From NCBI GenBank assembly GCA_017409875.1, contig JAFQRW010000020.1:22265-86264 (forward strand): a stretch of DNA of 64,000 bases, read 5' to 3'. Source of the stretch: Clostridia bacterium (lineage in GTDB: Bacteria; Bacillota; Clostridia; RGIG6154). Shown here piece by piece: positions 8,619-16,155 of this stretch. Position numbers and translations under genes: made by a program. Below the pieces are notes generated by a model. That model was not told where the DNA came from and ran no database searches. It worked only from the letters and a program-made list of their open reading frames with translations. How positions within the stretch are numbered: the first letter of the stretch is position 1; every line of letters begins with the position of its first letter.

Positions 8619-9290
8619 TTATTCTACAATATTTTTATTGAGCTTTAAAGCAATTTCTGCAATTTCGTAAGGCGTTGACACAATATAATCAGCACCTGCT
8701 AAAACAAGCTCTTGTCTGTCTCTGAATCCCCACAAAACTCCAATAGATTTTACCCCTGCATTTTTAGCAGTAAAAATATCAATATTTGTGTCGCCTACAT
8801 ATAAAACCTCGTCTTGCTTAACACCCAGATTTTCCATCATTTCAAGAAGCGACTTTGGGTCAGGCTTTAAAGGAACGCCCTCTATATCGCCTTGGCAAGC
8901 GTCAAAAAGCGTACCAAAAATGGTATTATTTATTTTTTGCACCGTACTGTCAGTTTTGTTTGATAAAATACCTATCTTAATGCCGGCACTTTTGAGTGTT
9001 TTAAGCATCTTGATAATTCCGTCATAGCTTTCAGTCAAATGGCACGAATTGTCGTTGTATGCAGCCTTATAGCTTTGAAAAATCTCGTCGAATTTCGACA
9101 TATCTCCGCCGACTTCACTAATTGCGCGTTCAATTAATGTTTTTGCACCGCTACCTATAATCTGTTTGCATTTTTCAACAGTAATGGTTGAATAACCAAA
9201 ATTATTCAGCGTTTGGTTCACATAATATGTTATTGATTTTATGGAGTCAACAGTAGTTCCGTCCATATCAAAAATACAAGCCTTAATCAT
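8619..9290 (-). CDS. HAD-family phosphatase (phosphoglycolate phosphatase-like)
   Basis: CIFDMDGTTVDS, LSNK and YVGDTNIDIFTAKNAG motifs. Confidence 0.7.
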   Translation of the reverse strand: MIKACIFDMDGTTVDSIKSITYYVNQTLNNFGYSTITVEKCKQIIGSGAKTLIERAISEVGGDMSKFDEIFQSYKAAYNDNSCHLTESYDGIIKMLKTLKSAGIKIGILSNKTDSTVQKINNTIFGTLFDACQGDIEGVPLKPDPKSLLEMMENLGVKQDEVLYVGDTNIDIFTAKNAGVKSIGVLWGFRDRQELVLAGADYIVSTPYEIAEIALKLNKNIVE

Positions 9291-9985
9291 TTGTTTTCTC
9301 CTAATACTGCTTTAATTATATTTTTTGACGCAATATTTTCAAAGTTGTCAGAAAGCGAAGCTAAACTTACGTCTCCGCCATACTTTCTTTCAAGTGCTTT
9401 TTTAATTATAAAATCACAAAGTTCAGGATTTTTGGGAAGTAACGGACCGTGAAGGTTGCTTGCAACAACGTTTTTATACATTGCGCCCTCAAACCCCATA
9501 CCATTGTTTCCAAACCCTTCAAGCACATCTCCCAAAGGCTTTAAATCGCCAATGTCTGTAGTATACTCATGGTTTTCAAATCCCGAAACCAAGACTTTTC
9601 CGCTACCAAAATCACATTCGATAATAACATTTCCCGACGCTCTTTGTTTAGCTTTTTTGTATCTTACGTCAATCAACCCGAGCTTTCCTGCCATCTGGAA
9701 ACCACCACAAACTGCAAGGAGTACGCCGCCGCTATCTACATATTCTTTTAAAGCATCTTTTTGGGCGCTCAATTTTTCCAGAACAATTTCCTGTTCGTGT
9801 TGACCTCCACCGCCTAAAAATAAAATGTCACATTCTTCAAGGTTTAACACACCGTCTGTTTTAATTTCGGTTATCTGTACATCAATACCGCGCCAGATAC
9901 ACCTTTTTTCAAGTGCGCTTATGTTTCCCTTGTCGCCATAAAGATTTAAAAGGTCAGGATAAAGATGAACAATTCTAATTTGCAT
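9287..9985 (-). CDS. gatD: lipid II isoglutaminyl synthase, glutamine amidotransferase subunit GatD
   Basis: LYPDLLNLYGDKGNI and LAVCGGFQMAG (CobQ-type GATase). Overlaps murT. Confidence 0.8.
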   Translation of the reverse strand: MQIRIVHLYPDLLNLYGDKGNISALEKRCIWRGIDVQITEIKTDGVLNLEECDILFLGGGGQHEQEIVLEKLSAQKDALKEYVDSGGVLLAVCGGFQMAGKLGLIDVRYKKAKQRASGNVIIECDFGSGKVLVSGFENHEYTTDIGDLKPLGDVLEGFGNNGMGFEGAMYKNVVASNLHGPLLPKNPELCDFIIKKALERKYGGDVSLASLSDNFENIASKNIIKAVLGENK

Positions 9986-11321
9986 TACTATTTCCTCCCA
10001 ACTCTTTTAAAACTGCCTGCGTAGAAAAAAGAGCAGTATAATTGACCAACACATATATCACATCGCCGCTGCCGGATGCTATAAGCTCTTTAAGTCGCGT
10101 TTTTATATCAGGGCAAAGAAAAATTTCACCCTCACTTAAGCCTGAATATTTAAGTCTTAAACCCATATCGGCGTAACGGCTTCCCGACACCGAATAGCTT
10201 GTAGTATTTTCTTGCATCAAATCCTCAAATTCAACATCCCACAGCCATGAAACATCTTTGCCGTCACCAATTCCGTCATTAATTGCGATAACAATGTCTT
10301 TTTTGTCAGGGTCTTCTTTGACAGTTTCAACCGACTGATTAAACCCCGCAGGGTTTTTAGCCAGAAGCAGATAAACATTTTTACCGCCGATTTTGAATTT
10401 TTCCAACCTGCCTGCCTGAGGCTTGTATTCTCTTGCAGTCTTTTTAAGCATCTCAAAGCCTGAATCAATATTTAAAATACTGCTTGCCACCGCCAAAATG
10501 TTGTAAATGTTGTATTTTCCTCTGCCATTTAATTCAATTATGCCAAACCCTTCGATATTAAACGAAAGTGCAGGGAAGAGCTTAACATCTTTTGCGCATA
10601 CATCTAAAGCAGGTCTTTTAAAACCGCACCAGCAAGAATAATCGCCAAGCTGACTGAAATGATGGAAATTATATTTTAAAGGCTTGCCGCAAAAATGACA
10701 GAATTTTCCCTCGCCCGAATCTTTTGCGTTGTCAAATTCTTTGTTTTTAATTCCGTAAAAAATCTTTTCGTTTGAAAAGTCAGCTGCTAAACTTACCGTC
10801 AGCGGGTCGTCGCCGTTTAGCACCAAAACAGCATTTGGTGCTAAGCTTATTGCCCTCTTTAAAAAATTCATTGTAATATCAATCTCGCCGTAGCGGTCAA
10901 GCTGGTCTCTGAAAAGATTGGTAATTACTATCTTGTCGGGCGTTATCATTTTAAAAATATACTCTGCCCAACCCTCGTCTGTTTCAAGGCAGGCGTAATC
11001 AACATCAATTTTACCGAAAATATTGCATTTTTCTATAAACGCAACAACCGCACCCTCGTCCATATTAGCACCAAGACGGTTGCACGCAACAGAATATCCG
11101 GCATTTGAAAGAGTATCAGCTAAAATATTGTTAGTTGTAGTCTTACCGTTAGTTCCCATCACGGCAATAACTTCTTTTTTTACCTTCTTTTGAAATTCCT
11201 TTAAAATATCGGGATAAAGCTTAAATGCAAGCTTCCCGGGAGCGCTTGTGGCTTTCTTTCCCAAAACCCGAAGCACAAAAATAAAAATTTTACATATAAA
11301 AACAGTTAAAAAATATTTCAT
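9975..11321 (-). CDS. murT: lipid II isoglutaminyl synthase, Mur-ligase subunit MurT
   Basis: VMGTNGKTTTNN P-loop, Cys-rich ribbon CHFCGKPL...CWCGFKRP, DUF1727-like C-terminus. Confidence 0.8.
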   Translation of the reverse strand: MKYFLTVFICKIFIFVLRVLGKKATSAPGKLAFKLYPDILKEFQKKVKKEVIAVMGTNGKTTTNNILADTLSNAGYSVACNRLGANMDEGAVVAFIEKCNIFGKIDVDYACLETDEGWAEYIFKMITPDKIVITNLFRDQLDRYGEIDITMNFLKRAISLAPNAVLVLNGDDPLTVSLAADFSNEKIFYGIKNKEFDNAKDSGEGKFCHFCGKPLKYNFHHFSQLGDYSCWCGFKRPALDVCAKDVKLFPALSFNIEGFGIIELNGRGKYNIYNILAVASSILNIDSGFEMLKKTAREYKPQAGRLEKFKIGGKNVYLLLAKNPAGFNQSVETVKEDPDKKDIVIAINDGIGDGKDVSWLWDVEFEDLMQENTTSYSVSGSRYADMGLRLKYSGLSEGEIFLCPDIKTRLKELIASGSGDVIYVLVNYTALFSTQAVLKELGGNSNAN

Positions 11322-11497
11322 AAAAAAATGTCCTTTAAAAATTTTTGTATAAAACCTTTTTACAGGGTAATAATATAAGTGACCTCACAAAACACATACC
11401 CCCTTTTAAAAGCGGATAAGCCGCTTTTTGTAAAAGGCATCCGCATTTTGCGGGTGCTTTTTATAATATAGGAGACATTGTGTGATTAATGCACTTT

Positions 11498-11728
11498 TTA
11501 CATATCCTCTTCAGCATCTTTTACCGAATCTTTATCCCAGTCGCCTCTTTTGATATGCGCCATCTCGTGAAGATATGTGCGTCTTTGCTGCTCTGCCGAC
11601 AGCTTTTCATTTAAATAAATATTATAGTTGCCGTCGTCATCTATTGCAGTATACCCTTTAATTCTCGGCGGCATTTTTATTAGTCTTGTGAAAATTTCTC
11701 CCATTTTATTCTCCTCAAAAGTTATCAT
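11498..11728 (-). CDS. minimal ImmA/IrrE-like zinc-metallopeptidase-motif protein
   Basis: 76 aa with YLHEMAHIKRGD (HExxH). Overlaps the stop of the upstream XRE gene. Confidence 0.5.
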   Translation of the reverse strand: MITFEENKMGEIFTRLIKMPPRIKGYTAIDDDGNYNIYLNEKLSAEQQRRTYLHEMAHIKRGDWDKDSVKDAEEDM

Positions 11729-12074
11729 TAGTAGCCTTCATTGCATTATGTATTGCAATCATCTGCTTAATTTCGGTGGGTGTTGCATTTTTTGCAATAT
11801 CAAAAAGCACACGGAATTCCGGGCTTGATTTAAGCATTTCTTTCATTTCATCCACATCATCACCCAAGGCATACTTTTCAACACCGTACAGGTAATCAGT
11901 AGAAACACCGAAAAATTTAGCAAGCCTTGTAATGGCATCAGGAGTAGGAACCGAAGCCCCTGCCTCATATTTGCACACAGAAGAAACATGCACACCTAAA
12001 AAATCTGCTAAATCTTTTTGCGTCATATTATTTTGTTTTCTCAAAGTTTTAATATTTTCTGATAAAAGCGCCAT
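11715..12074 (-). CDS. XRE-family HTH transcriptional regulator
   Basis: NIKTLRKQNNMTQKDLADFLGVHVSSVCKYEAG. Start set at ATG 12074. Confidence 0.8.
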   Translation of the reverse strand: MALLSENIKTLRKQNNMTQKDLADFLGVHVSSVCKYEAGASVPTPDAITRLAKFFGVSTDYLYGVEKYALGDDVDEMKEMLKSSPEFRVLFDIAKNATPTEIKQMIAIHNAMKATNDNF

Positions 12075-12163
12075 AAAAGTTAACCTTCCCTTTCTTAAAG
12101 TCAAAAAACGCTTAGTTATTCAACTATATTATATGAACTTTATTCAAATTTGTCAATCATTTT

Positions 12164-12248
12164 TTGAATTATTTTCAATTTTTATATTGACTTTTGAATT
12201 AAATTCAATTATAATGGGAGATGTAAAAGAGATTTGAATTAAATTCAA
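12164..12248 (+). promoter_or_regulatory. promoter TTGACT-17-TATAAT overlapped by three palindromic operators
   Basis: TTGAATTAAATTCAA occurs at 12194-12208 and 12234-12248, with a variant TTGAATTATTTTCAA at 12164-12178. The -35 is at 12187-12192 and the -10 at 12210-12215. The region is divergent from the XRE gene. Confidence 0.65.
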
Positions 12249-12261
12249 GTCAGGAGAGCAA

Positions 12262-12423
12262 ATGATAAAATGCAATTCTTGCGAATCAGTTTCGCAAGAT
12301 GCACTTATTTTAAAAGAAGTGCATTACGAGTGCGACGGCAATCCGTATGAGGCAATCCCCGTATGCCCATATTGCTATGACACTGATATTTTTGCGTATG
12401 AAGGGAATGATTTTGATGATTAA
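12262..12423 (+). CDS. small Cys-rich protein (53 aa, CxxC...CxxC)
   Basis: Own translation MIKCNSCESVSQDALILKEVHYECDGNPYEAIPVCPYCYDTDIFAYEGNDFDD, with an AGGAGA RBS. Below the ORF-track size cutoff. Confidence 0.5.
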   Translation: MIKCNSCESVSQDALILKEVHYECDGNPYEAIPVCPYCYDTDIFAYEGNDFDD

Positions 12424-12703
12424 AACTTGCCAAATATGTGGCAAAGAATTTGAGGGAAGGCAGCAGAAATACTGCAGCTTTCAATGTCGCTGGCAGGCAA
12501 AACAAATACAAAGTGCAAGAAAACCCAAAAAAAGAAAGGAAACCCTGTGCTGGACCTGCAAAAACGCCTGCGGCGGGTGTTCGTGGTCTCAAAGCTTTAC
12601 TCCCGTTGAAGGATGGGATGCAAACGAAACTGTGCTTAAGTGTTCAGAAGGAGATGTAAATAGTTTTTTTGTCAATAGCTGCCCTTTATTTACAATAGGA
12701 TAA
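12416..12703 (+). CDS. zinc-ribbon protein (95 aa)
   Basis: CQICGKEF...CSFQCR...CWTCKNACGGCSW. ATGA-type overlap with the preceding small ORF. Confidence 0.5.
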   Translation: MIKTCQICGKEFEGRQQKYCSFQCRWQAKQIQSARKPKKRKETLCWTCKNACGGCSWSQSFTPVEGWDANETVLKCSEGDVNSFFVNSCPLFTIG

Positions 12704-12716
12704 AAAAGGAGAAAAA

Positions 12717-13124
12717 ATGCAAGCAAAAGAGTTACTTAATATGCCTGCTGTGATAAACATGGAAATCGCATGTGCACATATTGAACTCGAGCATTACAAA
12801 AAACTTGCCGTACAAATGAAAAACTGCCTGCTGGAAACTGAGCAGACAAGGCTCCAGCTTAAAGAGGTAAATGAAAAAATAACAGAGTACAAAAGGCTTT
12901 TGGCGGAAAAATATTTAAGTCTTACCGAGGCAGAAAACAAAATATGCTCGGCAGTAAATCTGCTTAGTGATGAACGTGTTAAAACAGCACTTAAATACAG
13001 ATACATATGTCTTATGAAATTTGAAGATATTTCAACCAAAATGCAGTATTGCGTAAGGCAAATACGCAGGTTTTGCGAAAAAGGCATCGCAGAGCTTGAC
13101 ACTATTATAGAAGAAGCAATATAA
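12717..13124 (+). CDS. phage-type sigma-70 region-4-like / DUF1492-like transcription regulator
   Basis: 135 aa. The C-terminal LSDERVKTALKYRYICLMKFEDISTKMQYCVRQIRRFCEKGI resembles ArpU/RinA/DUF1492 late regulators (recall only). Confidence 0.45.
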   Translation: MQAKELLNMPAVINMEIACAHIELEHYKKLAVQMKNCLLETEQTRLQLKEVNEKITEYKRLLAEKYLSLTEAENKICSAVNLLSDERVKTALKYRYICLMKFEDISTKMQYCVRQIRRFCEKGIAELDTIIEEAI

Positions 13125-13136
13125 AATTATAAAAAA

Positions 13137-13161
13137 GTCAGGACATGCGCCTGACTTTTTA
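13137..13161 (+). terminator. rho-independent terminator
   Basis: GTCAGG-acatgcg-CCTGAC hairpin plus a T run. Confidence 0.7.
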
Positions 13162-13245
13162 TTCTTATAAATTTGACATTTTTGATAATTCATCAAAAAT
13201 GGGCGCGAGCGAACAAATTTGCAAATCCAATGTTAAATGATAATT

Positions 13246-14427
13246 TCACATTGAGAACAGTTTTGTTGCTCTTTCTAAAATCCCATTCACCTTTGAAATC
13301 ACCATTCCATAGTTGGTAATGGGGACATTTTCGTCTTTTGCAAACTCAAGTCTTGATTTCATTTCTCTTTGATTGAGCATACAGCCGCCGCAATGAATTA
13401 TTAAATCAAAATCTGTAAGATTTTCAGGAAATTCCATACCCGATGTAAAAGAAAATTCAATATTTTTGCCTGTATACTTTTTAATCCATAAAGGAAGCTT
13501 AACGCTTCCAATATCCCCGCACTGCCTGTGATGGGTACATCCTTCCGAAATCAGAACCTTTGAGCCGTCTTTTAAGTTGTCCAAAGCATCAGCGCCGCCC
13601 AAAAGAATGTCAAGCTCGCCCTTGTATCTTGCAAAAAGAATTGAAAAAGATGTAAGCAAAATGCTTTCAGGCACAATTTTCATCACTTTTCCAAACGCCT
13701 GAGAGTCGGTAATAACAAGCTCAGGTGCGCTTTTAAACCTGTTTAACGTTTCGCTAAGCTCGGTGTCTTTGCAGCAAACCGCTACCGCACCAATGTCCAA
13801 AATCTCACGAAGTACCTGCTGCTGAGGAAGTATTATTCTTCCCTTTGGTGCAGCCTCGTCAACGGGAATAACCAAAACAACAGTATCATCTTTTTTAACT
13901 AATCCTTCAAGAATTTTCTTTTCCTTACCTTTTGGCATAATGCCTGCAAGCATATCTTTTAAATTATCAATGTTTTGCCCTGTTACCGAGCTGACATAAA
14001 CTTCATTTTTTTGTGTCTCGGGCAGTTTTTTCAGTAAATCTGCCTTTGTGTAAGCAATTATATAAGGTATATTTTTATTTTTAAATATCTCGGCAAGCTT
14101 TTTGTCCTCGCAACTTATACCAGTTGTCCCATCAACCACTAAAACAGCAATATCAGTATAATTAATCGCCCTTTTTGCCTTATTTATGCGAAGATTTCCT
14201 ATTTCTGAATCATCTCCAAAGCCCGGAGCATCAATAATTGTAACCGCACCAAGTGGCAAAAGCTCCATATTTTTTTGCACTAAATCAGTAGTTGTACCCT
14301 TTATATCTGATACAACCGACAAATCCTGATTTGTAATTTTATTAACCAAACTCGATTTTCCGGCATTAACACTGCCAAAAAAACCAATGTGTATTCTCTC
14401 GCCCGTTGGCGCCTGATTTAAACTCAT
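13246..14427 (-). CDS. hydF: [FeFe]-hydrogenase maturation GTPase HydF
   Basis: GFFGSVNAGKSSLVN P-loop, DAPGFGD, C-terminal EGCTHHRQC...HCGGC cluster ligands. Confidence 0.85.
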   Translation of the reverse strand: MSLNQAPTGERIHIGFFGSVNAGKSSLVNKITNQDLSVVSDIKGTTTDLVQKNMELLPLGAVTIIDAPGFGDDSEIGNLRINKAKRAINYTDIAVLVVDGTTGISCEDKKLAEIFKNKNIPYIIAYTKADLLKKLPETQKNEVYVSSVTGQNIDNLKDMLAGIMPKGKEKKILEGLVKKDDTVVLVIPVDEAAPKGRIILPQQQVLREILDIGAVAVCCKDTELSETLNRFKSAPELVITDSQAFGKVMKIVPESILLTSFSILFARYKGELDILLGGADALDNLKDGSKVLISEGCTHHRQCGDIGSVKLPLWIKKYTGKNIEFSFTSGMEFPENLTDFDLIIHCGGCMLNQREMKSRLEFAKDENVPITNYGMVISKVNGILERATKLFSM

Positions 14428-14640
14428 TTTCCCACTCCTTCGTATAGATAATTATATAATCATTTTCTATCTTTGTCAAACAGATTTATTATGGTTTTTA
14501 AGCCTTTTTATTTTCACAAAATTCTTTGGAAACGGTAGCGGGGGAAAACGATTTCTTCTCACTTGACGCAAACCTGTAATTAGTATAAAATAAATCTTGT
14601 CCTTGAATGTCACATTACATATATATTATAATCACACCCA

Positions 14641-14654
14641 AAATAACGTTATTT
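14641..14654. promoter_or_regulatory. perfect 14-bp palindrome AAATAACGTTATTT in the toxin gene leader
   Basis: The same palindrome occurs at 57942-57955 upstream of the paralogous toxin. A second conserved 20-nt block CTTGTCCTTGAATGTCACAT occurs at 14596-14615 and 57899-57918. Confidence 0.5.
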
Positions 14655-14683
14655 ACTTTTAAAAAGAAAGGAATTATACTATT

Positions 14684-15214
14684 TTGGGTGATAACAATCT
14701 AAATCCTGTAATAACCAAAAGCGAAAACTGGAAATGTTGGTATGTAAAAATTTCACCTGCCACCTGCGAAAGATGTCTTAAACTTAATTTAAGAATTTTT
14801 GCAGTTTACGATTTATTTGCTCCTCCTTTGCACCCTAATTGTAACTGCACTTTAGCACCTCTTGGTGCTATATATAGCGGTACTGCTACAATAAACGGAC
14901 TTTCAGGAGCAGATGCGTGGCTGAAATTATACGGAGAATTGCCAAAGAATTATGTAAATAAAGACTATGCAAAAAAACACGGTTGGAAAAGGATTAAAGG
15001 CAATTTAAGAGATGTTCTCCCAAATGCAACAATAGGAGGAGGCATATATTACAATGATAAACAATTACTTCCTGACGTACTTGGGCGAATATGGTATGAA
15101 GCAGATATAAATTACACAGGAGGCTACAGAAATCATCATCGTCTTCTTTACTCAAATGACGGACTCTTGTTTGTAACCTATAACCATTATAACACTTTTT
15201 ATGAAATTATTTAG
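14684..15214 (+). CDS. barnase-type ribonuclease toxin with N-terminal MuF-like HPNCxC zinc knuckle
   Basis: WKCWY..ATCERC..PPLHPNCNCTL, then alignment over the full barnase length (LPKNY..GW..KGNL..GRIWYEADINYTGGYRNHHRLLYSNDGLLFVTYNHYNTFYEI). TTG start. Confidence 0.85.
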   Translation: MGDNNLNPVITKSENWKCWYVKISPATCERCLKLNLRIFAVYDLFAPPLHPNCNCTLAPLGAIYSGTATINGLSGADAWLKLYGELPKNYVNKDYAKKHGWKRIKGNLRDVLPNATIGGGIYYNDKQLLPDVLGRIWYEADINYTGGYRNHHRLLYSNDGLLFVTYNHYNTFYEII

Positions 15215-15223
15215 GAGGAAAAT

Positions 15224-15508
15224 ATGAATTATTACACGATTGATTTTACAAATACGACTGATTTATCAGACTTTTATCAGCGTATAATCAAAGGTCTTGG
15301 TTTCCCTGATTGGTGTGGAGAAAATGCTGATGCTATTTGGGATTTAATTACATGCCATTTAAAAACCCCTTGCCACATTACTGTGCTCGGCAATAACACC
15401 TTGCCACGAATTCCTGCATACGAGTATCCTATTATTAAAAACACATTTGACGAAACTGTCAAGTGGTATAAAAATATAGGCGAGCAAGTAATTTTTGTCT
15501 ATAAGTAA
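15224..15508 (+). CDS. barstar-like immunity protein
   Basis: LSDFYQRIIKGLGFPDWCGENADAIWDLI parallels barstar [27 protein letters not shown]. Starts 9 nt after the toxin stop. Confidence 0.85.
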   Translation: MNYYTIDFTNTTDLSDFYQRIIKGLGFPDWCGENADAIWDLITCHLKTPCHITVLGNNTLPRIPAYEYPIIKNTFDETVKWYKNIGEQVIFVYK

Positions 15509-15536
15509 ACTTTACTATCAGTTAACAACCACCTAA

Positions 15537-15561
15537 AGCACTCCTTCTGGAGTGCTTTTTT
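15537..15561 (+). terminator. rho-independent terminator
   Basis: AGCACTCC-ttct-GGAGTGCT hairpin plus a T run. Confidence 0.75.
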
Positions 15562-15606
15562 ACAAAAGGAGTGCGGTGGAAAACGCTTAAAAAAGCTACG
15601 AAGCAC

Positions 15607-15684
15607 CGCAAAAAAATAATGGCAATGGATTAAGTCCATTGCCATTAACTATATAGCGTGTTTCGACGAAGCGGACAAATTTGC
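15607..15684 (+). repeat. REP-like intergenic element, copy A
   Basis: 76/78 identical to the reverse complement of 55286-55363. Contains the 9-bp-stem hairpin GGCAATGGA-ttaag-TCCATTGCC and the tail GAAGCGGACAAATTTGC. Confidence 0.85.
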
Positions 15685-15747
15685 TTTCCCGACAAAAAGC
15701 TGTAGCATTTTTGTCGAGAGGCGCGCTCTGCCGCCGATTATTTGCTT

Positions 15748-15830
15748 GATTCTTCAACAGCAACAGCGCAAGCTACAGTCATACCAACCATTGGGTTGTT
15801 GCCTGCGCCAATGAGGCCCATCATTTCTAC
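15748..15830. repeat. attL: 83-bp perfect direct repeat (orphan 3' tail of the GGGtGRT gene, reading frame 15738-15830)
   Basis: Identical to 30686-30768. The reverse strand reads VEMMGLIGAGNNPMVGMTVACAVAVEESSK*. Confidence 0.9.
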
Positions 15831-16155
15831 TAAAACTGTAATTTCCTCGCCAAAGCCCTGTTTGCTCCGACATTATCCACATCATCTGCGTGTCATTTGC
15901 CCCACATTATAGCGCAGTTTAGGCTCGTTGTCAATATGTTTTTATACTCCGATCTTCTTTGCTTTTAACGTATTTAAAATATATAACCTGTTTACTTTCA
16001 AAAACATTTCTGTTATAATGTAATTATGATATATGTTTTTGTTTGGAAAATAACAGTATAGTCTCATCTATGCTAACAAAACTAAACCAGAACTAGTTGA
16101 ATATAAAACCCGTGATAAAAATATAAAAATCACAAATGATCAAGGATGATTGATA

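Noticed and set aside
14540-15600. Weak similarity GCGG(G/T)GGAAAACG(A/C)T on both sides of the first barnase cassette (about 14540 and 15578) as possible target duplication
   Set aside because: Only ~13/15 nt match. This is too short to distinguish from chance without statistics.
15873-15881. Perfect DnaA box TTATCCACA just inside the island's left end
   Set aside because: It is a single isolated 9-mer with no cluster or AT-rich unwinding element nearby, and it lies far from dnaA. It is most likely a chance occurrence.
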